From positions 8,789 through 72,788 of the forward strand of contig PKDY01000039.1 of the NCBI GenBank assembly GCA_002862755.1: a stretch of DNA of 64,000 nt, written 5' to 3'. Position 1 is the first letter of the stretch. The number at the start of each line of letters is the position of its first letter. A program made the position numbers and the translations under genes. The notes under the pieces were generated by a model. That model did not search any database and was not told where the DNA came from. It saw only the letters and a list, made by a program, of their open reading frames with translations. Of this stretch, positions 30,301 through 37,683 are shown in pieces. The DNA comes from Flavobacteriaceae bacterium (GTDB taxonomy: Bacteria; Bacteroidota; Bacteroidia; Flavobacteriales; Flavobacteriaceae).

Positions 30301-32260
30301 GAATTTCTCCATTTAGGATAAGGTTTTTATAATTATAGGCATTGTAATCTGCTGAAATAACAGTAACATCAGCATTTGTATTCATTGTTTTGGGATCCAA
30401 AGATTTCCCATTAATTATCGTTTTAACCGAAACTTTACCTAATTTATCATTTTGAATGAGTTTACCAATGTCAAATTGTGTTAAGGATGCATTTAAAGTA
30501 TATTGTTCTTGATGCACTTCCTTTTGATTCAAAGTTGCATCGACTACGGCATTTCCGAAAGAACTTTTTAAATCAATATGCGTTGTGAAATTATCTAAAT
30601 ATCCAATAAAATTTCCAGTAGCTTCAAAATTTTCAGGTAAGGTTATTGAATTTGGAATTGTATTTTTAGGAAGAAAGGTATTGACGTCTTGTGCGGTGCT
30701 CACCAATGCGTTAATTTTAATGTCTAAATAGGTTGCTTTTGTATTTGGTAAGCCAGTGATTACTCCATTCATGTCAATTGAAGTGGAACCTATTCCAGAA
30801 GCTTGAACTTTCTTAATCTTTAAATTGTTTAGTTTTCCACTAACTTGCGCGGTTAAATTTACAATACTATTTTTATTGGTATTGAATGGAACTTGATCGG
30901 CTAAATCTGGCACAAGAAATAAAATATCTTTGAATCCAATTTTACTATTAGTAAAATTAGCTTGGACTTCAATACTTTCAGGATTTTTAGAAAGTGAAGC
31001 AATTGAGGGGTATTTTAATAAAAGTGTTTCCTTATCGAGGTTTGTATTGGGCGTAACTAGTACTAAATTTTTTAAGAAGGCATTTTGTGATGCATATTCA
31101 AATTGCGTGCTTAATTTGGTAACTTCAAAATCGTTACTTTCAATAAATGAGAGGTTATTTATTGTACCTTTTATAATATTAGTTGTATAGACTAAATCCG
31201 TAGCTTCCCAATTGAGTTTTTTAATAGATAAATGATTGGTATCTAAACCATAACTGCTTTTCTTTACAGCAGTATTGTCATAATCAACATTCACATTTTT
31301 AAATGTAACTTTATTAGCACTCAACTCCCAACCTTTACTAGGTGTTGAGCTATTGCTTGATGAAACTTTATTGTCTGCTAAATTTAAAGATAACTTTCCA
31401 TATGTATCTTCGAGCTGAAGATCATGTAAGGCTATTTTTTGTTGATTTAAATCAAATTCTTTAACCTTAGTGTTTAGTTTTTGGAATTGTAATTGTGTAT
31501 CTAATTGTGTGTTTTCATCTTTATACTTTATCGCTATTTTTGAAAGAGCAATGTCTTTTAACTGTAATTTAATTGTTTGATTTTGAGTCTCTTTCTTGAT
31601 TTTATCTGTTGCTTTTTCAATTGCTTCTGAAACTCCTTGATTGAGTTCTAACTTTAAACCGTCTAATTGAATTTTTGGAATATCTAAGGCTAACTTTTCT
31701 AAATCGAAAGCATCTATTTCAGTTTCAAAATAGGTTATGGAAGTGGCAAGATCATTTTTATTAATGGCATCATCATAGTAAAAGCGAGTATTGGAAATTT
31801 TAACTTTGTTTACATCTATTTCCATTGGTTCAGAGGTTGTATTAGGCTCTTTTGATGCAAATGCTTGAATAATATAATCAAAATTAAAAACTGAATCTTT
31901 GTTTTTATTTATTTTAGCAGTTATCCCATCCATATAAACATGATTGACTTCAAGTGTATTGGAAAGGAGTTTAAAAAGACTTACGTCTACATCTAGTTTT
32001 TTTCCAGATAATAAGGTGTCACCTGATTGATCTTCAAAATAAAAATCAGTTAAAATGACTTTTTTGGGTAAACCAATTTCAATTGTCCCCACACGAACTT
32101 CCGTATGAATCTTACTTTCAAGATAGCGAACTGCTTTGTCTTTTACTTTATTTTGTACAAAAGGAATTTGTAAGGCTAGTATTAAAAGCAAAATAAGTCC
32201 AAAAATTGAACTTATAATCCATAAAATTATTTTTAAAACTTTTTTAAACTTCTTTTTCAA
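27299..32260 (-). CDS. tamB: Translocation and assembly module TamB (DUF490)
   Basis: 1653 aa, TTG start, N-terminal TM, beta-taco body; C-terminal WTGEPT.A, QVFAVLLLNRF, EYLITKDGRYKLKAY; 4-bp overlap with the Omp85 gene. Confidence 0.9.
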   Translation of the reverse strand: MKKKFKKVLKIILWIISSIFGLILLLILALQIPFVQNKVKDKAVRYLESKIHTEVRVGTIEIGLPKKVILTDFYFEDQSGDTLLSGKKLDVDVSLFKLLSNTLEVNHVYMDGITAKINKNKDSVFNFDYIIQAFASKEPNTTSEPMEIDVNKVKISNTRFYYDDAINKNDLATSITYFETEIDAFDLEKLALDIPKIQLDGLKLELNQGVSEAIEKATDKIKKETQNQTIKLQLKDIALSKIAIKYKDENTQLDTQLQFQKLNTKVKEFDLNQQKIALHDLQLEDTYGKLSLNLADNKVSSSNSSTPSKGWELSANKVTFKNVNVDYDNTAVKKSSYGLDTNHLSIKKLNWEATDLVYTTNIIKGTINNLSFIESNDFEVTKLSTQFEYASQNAFLKNLVLVTPNTNLDKETLLLKYPSIASLSKNPESIEVQANFTNSKIGFKDILFLVPDLADQVPFNTNKNSIVNLTAQVSGKLNNLKIKKVQASGIGSTSIDMNGVITGLPNTKATYLDIKINALVSTAQDVNTFLPKNTIPNSITLPENFEATGNFIGYLDNFTTHIDLKSSFGNAVVDATLNQKEVHQEQYTLNASLTQFDIGKLIQNDKLGKVSVKTIINGKSLDPKTMNTNADVTVISADYNAYNYKNLILNGEIQNGHFVVTTKSNDPNITFQLESKGDFDGKYPKAQLHLNLDLIDLNKLNLHAGPLKMKGNITADFETLDVNHLNGSLMATNFLVALENEQFPLDTIYLKSVATETQDSILLKSQFVNVNLNGNYELASLPTAVSQSFNHYFNSTSSSGSKAPNPPQHVNFDIYIKEEEILKKIVPDLEETSAIHINGNYNSANDSIRIKGTIPHVKYANNEINGVTISVDKEEKALVYDVEIGKLKNSDIIVPKTQVSGKVEHNQLDYQLRISDNKDVEKYNFAGNYKQTDTNSTIQIDAEKLVLNYENWNIDSKNTIIINKNGINIQDFILNHNQNNLKIQSETESFESPIQIDLKDFELKSITNIVTSNYEFGGRVNGFTTIENLHKTPVFVADITIDDASFKKDTIGTIALKIDNKIANTYTANINLSGQNNQAAIQGDYQIGTGNLDFKVALEKLQMKSIQPFTSGNLTESDGYLNGNLTITGQANNPEIQGQIKFNNVGFVVAPLNSKFKLINDAIDFNNQTITFNTFRFKDENENDLEINGTVNSANYANLGFDLKIKADNFRAVNSEAKDSDLFYGKLYLDNNLILKGDFESPIIEGNIKINKDTEFTIVLPQEDPSIADREGIVKFVDEDQPVLITVKDPTKAITETDIKGMNASVNIEIDKDAEISIIIDKANGDFLKLKGEAELNGGIDPSGKTTLTGKYEFTSGSYEMNFNLIKRKFDIKPGSYIVWTGEPTSANVNVTAIYKTDIAPIDLVNDQLGEVTAGVRNTYKQKIPFETQLKMTGELMKPEIHFDIVLPEENNDVSAEVINTTQAKLEQIRQQEDVLNKQVFAVLLLNRFIGENPFQSETGGISASYLAKQSASRILSEQLNQIAGDLIQGFQIDFDLQATEDYTSGQKQNRTDLNVGISKELVDDRLKISVGSSFGIEGTQNENEQANNIAGDLTAEYLITKDGRYKLKAYRKNNYQVALQGQVIETGVAFIITMNYDKFKELFQKNKDKKNE

Positions 32261-32262
32261 AA

Positions 32263-33057
32263 TTAGAAAGTATATTGAATTCCTATTCCTTGATACCCAA
32301 AACCAACTTCTGGTGCAATTCTTAAGTTGCTATCTTTTTTTCTGTGTAATCTTGGTACTAAGATACCACTAGTGGCTCCAATAACATAACCCACAATAGC
32401 ATCTGATAAGAAATGATTTCCGCCTTTTACTCTATAATATCCTACTGCAGCTGGAAGTAATGCAGCACCAGCCCAAATATAAGGCTTTGCTTTGGAATTT
32501 GGATAAAAGTCTGCATAAACTTGTGCTGCAAAAAAAGTAGATGCGGCAGCTGCAGCTACATGGCCACTAAAAAAGGATCTTTGATTGTTGCTCTCAAGTC
32601 TTTCATCCAAGCTTAAATCGATATTATATACTTTTGGTCTTGATTTTTCAATAAATCCAGATGATACTGTAAATGTAGCCAAAGATAAACCTACAGCTTC
32701 TACATACATGACCGATAATTGTCCTGCATGTTGTCTGGTATCTTTATTTAAAGCAAATAGAAAGGGTATTGCTAAAGATGTATAAAGAGGAATGTCGCTT
32801 TGGTTTGATGCATTTTCATCATAATTTCCAGCTGACCATCGGTCTACAAACCAAATATCATCTGCATTCAATGCGTTTAATTTTTCTTCTGTGAGTGGTT
32901 TTTTATCTTTAATTACTAAAAGTCCCCAAGCGTTTATTCCTGCAGCACCAACAATGATAGAACCGTCAGTTAATAAATCAGTTTTGTAAGGTGATTCTTT
33001 TTGACCTACAAGATAATAGGGCAGTGCTAAAGCAAATAGAAGGGCTATCTTTCTCAT
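32263..33057 (-). CDS. PAP2-family phosphatase
   Basis: KSRP, SFFSGH, RVKGGNHFLSD motifs. Start placed at 33057 (MRKIALL) because the track ATG at 33087 lies inside the predicted -7 element. Confidence 0.85.
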   Translation of the reverse strand: MRKIALLFALALPYYLVGQKESPYKTDLLTDGSIIVGAAGINAWGLLVIKDKKPLTEEKLNALNADDIWFVDRWSAGNYDENASNQSDIPLYTSLAIPFLFALNKDTRQHAGQLSVMYVEAVGLSLATFTVSSGFIEKSRPKVYNIDLSLDERLESNNQRSFFSGHVAAAAASTFFAAQVYADFYPNSKAKPYIWAGAALLPAAVGYYRVKGGNHFLSDAIVGYVIGATSGILVPRLHRKKDSNLRIAPEVGFGYQGIGIQYTF

Positions 33058-33084
33058 TTTGTCTCTGTTTATTTTCCAATGAAA

Positions 33085-33145
33085 CAAAGTAACAGTAGAA
33101 GGTTATGATTTGTTTTATATAATGCAGACTAACTTTTATATAATT
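33085..33145 (-). promoter_or_regulatory. Tandem-box promoter (regulon site 6) for PAP2-tamB-tamL
   Basis: -7-like 33085-33092 (sense TTACTTTG); TTATATAATG 33115-33124; TTATATAATT 33136-33145. Confidence 0.72.
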
Positions 33146-33182
33146 CAAATATAATTTTGAAGGGTTAGGCATCCTTTATTGT

Positions 33183-33242
33183 AATTATGTAAATCATGAC
33201 TTGTAAGATGTAACAGTAGCGGTTCTCATATTTCTAATTTTA
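33183..33242 (+). promoter_or_regulatory. Tandem-box promoter (regulon site 7) for the DUF6268-GAF operon
   Basis: AATTATGTAA 33183-33192; TAAGATGTAA 33204-33213; -7-like TAATTTTA 33235-33242 (21-bp gap). Confidence 0.62.
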
Positions 33243-33260
33243 CTATATAAATTTAGATAT

Positions 33261-34172
33261 ATGAGATTCCAAAAACGTATAGTAGTTATAGCCCTTTTAT
33301 TTGCATCATTGGTTCATGCTCAATTTGATACTGATGCAATTCATTTAAATGTAAGTCACATTCCTAATTCGGATTTAAAAAATGCAGATGCTAGAGCCGA
33401 TTTAACGGAAGTTGATTTTCAAAGTTTTACACCCACGATTCGAATTGGAAAAAACACAAAATTGAATAGTATTATCAATTATAGATTATATGACTATAAT
33501 TTTGACTCTCCAGTCCCAGAATCTGATAATTATCCCGATAACATGCATCATTTTAAATATACGTTATTGGTTAGACAAAAAATAAATGAACATTGGAATG
33601 CATATATTGCGCCTAGGTTAAATATTCGAACCGATTTTAAGAGTAATTTTACCTATCGTGATTTATTTCCAGTTCTTACAGCTATGTTTGTAAAAGATGT
33701 GGTTCGAAATCCGCACTACAAATACGGTATTGGGATTAATTTCAATAATAATAATGGGAAATTTAGAGTGTTGCCAACCGCTTATTTTCAATATCAAAAA
33801 GACAATATGAAAATTAGTGCCTTCATTCCTTCAAAAGCTTCCATTACATTTGCTAATGAAAAATATGCCTATGGTTTTGGATATCATTCCGAAAGTAATA
33901 TAACCCATTTAAATTTGTCGGATGATCCTGCTGTTAATCCCAATAATATTACGTATCTTAGAAACATGAATGTTTTTGTGTATCCTTCTTATTCAAGAAA
34001 CTTAGGTTCAGATATTTGGGTTACTCTAAAAGCAGGAATTACGATTCTAAGATTGTATGAACAATACAACAGTAGTTTTGATGATATTACCGATTATTAT
34101 AATGATTCCTTTAAACCAAATGCCTATTTTAGTATAGGATTTAGTTATAAAGTAGATGATAGCAAAAAATAA
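33261..34172 (+). CDS. DUF6268-like outer-membrane beta-barrel protein
   Basis: Signal peptide; alternating aromatic beta-strands, YGIG, LPTAYFQY, terminal IGFSYK. Confidence 0.65.
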   Translation: MRFQKRIVVIALLFASLVHAQFDTDAIHLNVSHIPNSDLKNADARADLTEVDFQSFTPTIRIGKNTKLNSIINYRLYDYNFDSPVPESDNYPDNMHHFKYTLLVRQKINEHWNAYIAPRLNIRTDFKSNFTYRDLFPVLTAMFVKDVVRNPHYKYGIGINFNNNNGKFRVLPTAYFQYQKDNMKISAFIPSKASITFANEKYAYGFGYHSESNITHLNLSDDPAVNPNNITYLRNMNVFVYPSYSRNLGSDIWVTLKAGITILRLYEQYNSSFDDITDYYNDSFKPNAYFSIGFSYKVDDSKK

Positions 34173-34174
34173 AA

Positions 34175-36484
34175 ATGATTACTAAAGAAAACATAGTTTT
34201 ATCTCCTTATGAAGTGGAATTTTCCATTGCACCCTTTCTTGATACTTTTACTTTTCCGAAAAATCCAGAGCTAAAGGAATATTATCAAAATTTGTTTTCT
34301 AAAATACAACATGTACTGGTTAAAGAAAAAGAAATTACAGGAATTGTAAGAGATAATGCTTCTTTGTTTGAGGAGTTCTTTTCCATTCTAATTCCAGAAC
34401 ATATTTCTAAAAATGAATACAAAGCTGTTGTATTACCTGTAAAAAACACCATTTTATTTCGAAGTGAAAAATTAAACGAAATTGACTGTTCGGTGAAAGA
34501 AAGTATTCGTTTTTTTGATGCTTCCCCAGATATAATTTACAAGTTGAAAGCCATGATTGTTTTAAATTCGATTATCGAAAATAAAATAACATTGGACAAT
34601 AAAATCATTTTTGAATTCAAAGACACCAAAGGGGTTTATAAAACATTTTTTATCTCTAATAGAAATGATTTTTTAAAAATTTATCCCAAAGATTCCTCCA
34701 GTTATCCAACAACCGAACAAATCAATATGTTGTTAAACGACTTGGATAATATAGATTTATGGAAAGAAATTTTTCCTGAAGGAAGTTGGAATGTAGAGGG
34801 TTTTTGTATTTTAACTATGGTAGAAAATACGTTAGAGAATGCGGTTTCCCAATTGAAAACGAATCTGTTAAGTTCTCAAAGTGACACCTTAGTAAATGAT
34901 GAAAGTTTTAAAAAAATTTTCAGATCTATTTTTGATATTCCCGATTTGAAAATTGGTATAACTATCTACGATAGCGAAGAAAATACTTTAATTAAAACAA
35001 GTTATAATGATGTTGAGATTGACAGTTTTGTATTAAACGATAAAATGAGTAAAAATATCTCTGAGTTTAAGAGCGATTCTTTATTAAAGACTAGCATTCT
35101 AAAAAGAGAACCTATTTTTATTCAAAATTTAGAGCAATATAGTATTTCAAGTACTGAATCCGTATTGTTAAATGTATTGTTGGAACAAAATATTCAAAGT
35201 TTTATTATTGCTCCCATTGCTAGTAGAAAAGGAATTATTGGTACGATTGAATTGGTATCGGAAACCAAATATGCCATCAATAAAAAGAGTTTGAGTAGAT
35301 TGAAATTGATTTTACCGATTATAACCAATACTTTAGAGCGTTCGTTAGAAGCTACTGCCAATCGAATTGATGCCATCATTCAAAACGAATACACTTCTAT
35401 TCATCCTAGTGTGTATTGGAAATTCAAACAAGGCGTGAGAGATTTTTTGAATTCCGACAAAAATCTTGAAGAATATACATTTAAAGACATTGTGTTTAAA
35501 GATGTTTTTGCGTTATTTGGTCAAATAGATATTAAAAACTCCTCTCACAATAGACAATTGGCTACCATTGAGGATATTAGGAATCAATTACAACTTTTAA
35601 TCAACTTGTTTCAATCTATTATTAAAGAAAACAAAATTTTAATCGCCGATCAGATTCTTTTTGAATTGGATAAATTTTCTGTTGAGATTGAAAATAATTT
35701 TGATACTACCTCCGAAAGTACTTTTAAATTATATGTAGAGAGCGAAGTGCATCCAGTTTTGGAAACCATGGTTTTTTCTGAAACTATTACTGAAAAAGTA
35801 AAGGCTTATTATGAAAAATTGGATCCGAAACTGAATATTATTTATGACAATAGAAAAGCGTATGACGAATCCGTTGCTTTATTAAATAAAAAGATGTCTT
35901 CTTATTTAGATGAATGTCAGTTAGAAGCGCAAAAAATATTTCCTCATTATTATGAACGATACGCAACAGATGGCATAGAACACAATATGTACATTGGTGC
36001 TTCCATTAATCCTAGAATGGAATTTAGTCCGCTATTCTTCAATAATTTAAGATTATGGCAATTAAAATCGCTGTGTGAAACCGTTTATAATTTTCAAAAA
36101 TGGAAACATATTTTAGATTTTCCTTTAGAAGTAACGACTTTAATTTTGGTTTTTAGTTCTCCTTTAACCATTCGTTTTAGAATGGATGAAAAATTATTTG
36201 ATGTAGATGGTTCTTACAATGCACGTTACGAGGTTGTCAAAAAAAGAATTGATAAATCACACATTAAAAATTCAGAAGAACGCATTACACAAGAAAACAA
36301 AATTACCATTGTATATGCTCAAAATTCTGAAAAAGTAGAGTATATGAAATACTTAAAATATCTTATAGCGAAAGGCTTGCTCGAAGAGGAAATTGAAAAA
36401 TTTGATGTTGAAGAACTACAAAGTATTTCAGGTTTAAAAGCTTTACGAGTTACCATTAAGCCTATTCCAAATCAAGAATGTTGA
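34175..36484 (+). CDS. Large cytoplasmic GAF-domain protein, conserved Bacteroidota family of unknown function
   Basis: GAF-like QSFIIAPI...IIGTIELVS; family motifs TSIHPSVYWKF, FGQIDIKNSS, TDGIEHNMYIG, FDVDGSYNARYEVVKKRIDK. Confidence 0.8.
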   Translation: MITKENIVLSPYEVEFSIAPFLDTFTFPKNPELKEYYQNLFSKIQHVLVKEKEITGIVRDNASLFEEFFSILIPEHISKNEYKAVVLPVKNTILFRSEKLNEIDCSVKESIRFFDASPDIIYKLKAMIVLNSIIENKITLDNKIIFEFKDTKGVYKTFFISNRNDFLKIYPKDSSSYPTTEQINMLLNDLDNIDLWKEIFPEGSWNVEGFCILTMVENTLENAVSQLKTNLLSSQSDTLVNDESFKKIFRSIFDIPDLKIGITIYDSEENTLIKTSYNDVEIDSFVLNDKMSKNISEFKSDSLLKTSILKREPIFIQNLEQYSISSTESVLLNVLLEQNIQSFIIAPIASRKGIIGTIELVSETKYAINKKSLSRLKLILPIITNTLERSLEATANRIDAIIQNEYTSIHPSVYWKFKQGVRDFLNSDKNLEEYTFKDIVFKDVFALFGQIDIKNSSHNRQLATIEDIRNQLQLLINLFQSIIKENKILIADQILFELDKFSVEIENNFDTTSESTFKLYVESEVHPVLETMVFSETITEKVKAYYEKLDPKLNIIYDNRKAYDESVALLNKKMSSYLDECQLEAQKIFPHYYERYATDGIEHNMYIGASINPRMEFSPLFFNNLRLWQLKSLCETVYNFQKWKHILDFPLEVTTLILVFSSPLTIRFRMDEKLFDVDGSYNARYEVVKKRIDKSHIKNSEERITQENKITIVYAQNSEKVEYMKYLKYLIAKGLLEEEIEKFDVEELQSISGLKALRVTIKPIPNQEC

Positions 36485-37659
36485 TAGGCATATAAAAATG
36501 TAAGTACTGAAACGACGATACCCACCATAAAAATATTATAAGTAATTCTCAATAATTTATATTTTCGGTCTAAAATGATTCCTAAATAGTGTAAATCTTT
36601 CGTAAGAGAATTATATAAATAATCGTTGTCTAACATCATTTTGTTAATTTCATCTTCATAATCTTGATAGGGAACTTTATAAAAGTTTCCAAAAAATAAT
36701 AGATTTACCTTTTTATTTAAAATATCTTCTTTGGTGAATTCGGTTGAGGTTACTTTGGGGCGAGTTGCTAAAATCGCAAATACAATCGAAATCACACTAA
36801 AAAATAAAAGTACAAATGTAGGTAAGGTAAGGTATATGTTTCCAGGACTATCTAATTTAGGAATTAAAACAGATAAGGCTACTGAAATAATAACAGCATT
36901 AACCGAAAGTAAAATATTAGCCTTACTATCAGCAATATCGCTTAGTCTAGTGTGATTATTAATGGTAACTCTAAATAAAGTCTCTACACCACGTCCTAAT
37001 TTTTTTTTCTTTTTCTTTTTTTTCTTTTTTGGCGTTACAACAAGATCTTCATTTTTTTCTATTGCTCTTTTTTCTGTTCGTTTTTCTTCCAAAATTCGTA
37101 TGTTTTTTTGTTTGATTGGCTCCCAATTTTCCTTTGCGTAATTGGTATAAAATTGGTGTTTATCTTTTAAAAATGAGATGTTTTCATTCAACCATTCTTT
37201 CTCTGAAAAAATCGCTACATCACAGAGTTTCCATTCTGTGCGTAATTCTTTTAAAAAAGAGAAATAAGCATCACTACCCACGTGGTAATAATCGGAATCG
37301 CACATTATTTTTTCTAAAATGGTTTTGGGTTCATGATTAAAAACAGTAGCCATAATTAAATTACTAACCGAATCAATAGTGTTTTGATCTACTTCATTTG
37401 CAACTAAAAAAGTAGTGGCAATTTTAACACTTTCTCCTTCATGTCCATCTTTACATTTAATATAGCCTGTATCATGAAACCATGCAGCCAATTGCAAGAT
37501 CTCAATATCTTTTTCAGAAATCTGTTCCTGCTGACCAATTTCTTCAACAGCATTGACCACATTTTTAGTATGCGTTACATCATGGTATTTATATTTAAAT
37601 TCTAATACATTTTTAAATAATTCTGTAACGTATAGTTCCGCTTTTTTTACTAATTTCAT
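36472..37659 (-). CDS. HD-domain protein fused to a Pycsar-effector-like TM domain (DUF5706)
   Basis: YHDVTHT, AAWFHDTGY, GHE, DSDY HD motifs; C-terminal ADSKANILLS, AILATRP, LLFFGNF, RKYKLLRITY with TM helices. Confidence 0.85.
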   Translation of the reverse strand: MKLVKKAELYVTELFKNVLEFKYKYHDVTHTKNVVNAVEEIGQQEQISEKDIEILQLAAWFHDTGYIKCKDGHEGESVKIATTFLVANEVDQNTIDSVSNLIMATVFNHEPKTILEKIMCDSDYYHVGSDAYFSFLKELRTEWKLCDVAIFSEKEWLNENISFLKDKHQFYTNYAKENWEPIKQKNIRILEEKRTEKRAIEKNEDLVVTPKKKKKKKKKKLGRGVETLFRVTINNHTRLSDIADSKANILLSVNAVIISVALSVLIPKLDSPGNIYLTLPTFVLLFFSVISIVFAILATRPKVTSTEFTKEDILNKKVNLLFFGNFYKVPYQDYEDEINKMMLDNDYLYNSLTKDLHYLGIILDRKYKLLRITYNIFMVGIVVSVLTFLYAYQHS

Positions 37660-37683
37660 CCATTAAAATTATACTACTAAATT

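Noticed and set aside
33058-33087. Longer N-terminus of PAP2 (track start 33087)
   Set aside because: The upstream ATG lies within the predicted -7 element, and MRKIALL gives a normal signal-like N-terminus.
34175-37659. Bona fide Pycsar anti-phage system
   Set aside because: No canonical PycC gene is co-oriented with the effector, the effector is fused to an HD domain, and there is no defence-island context. Kept only as a hypothesis in findings.
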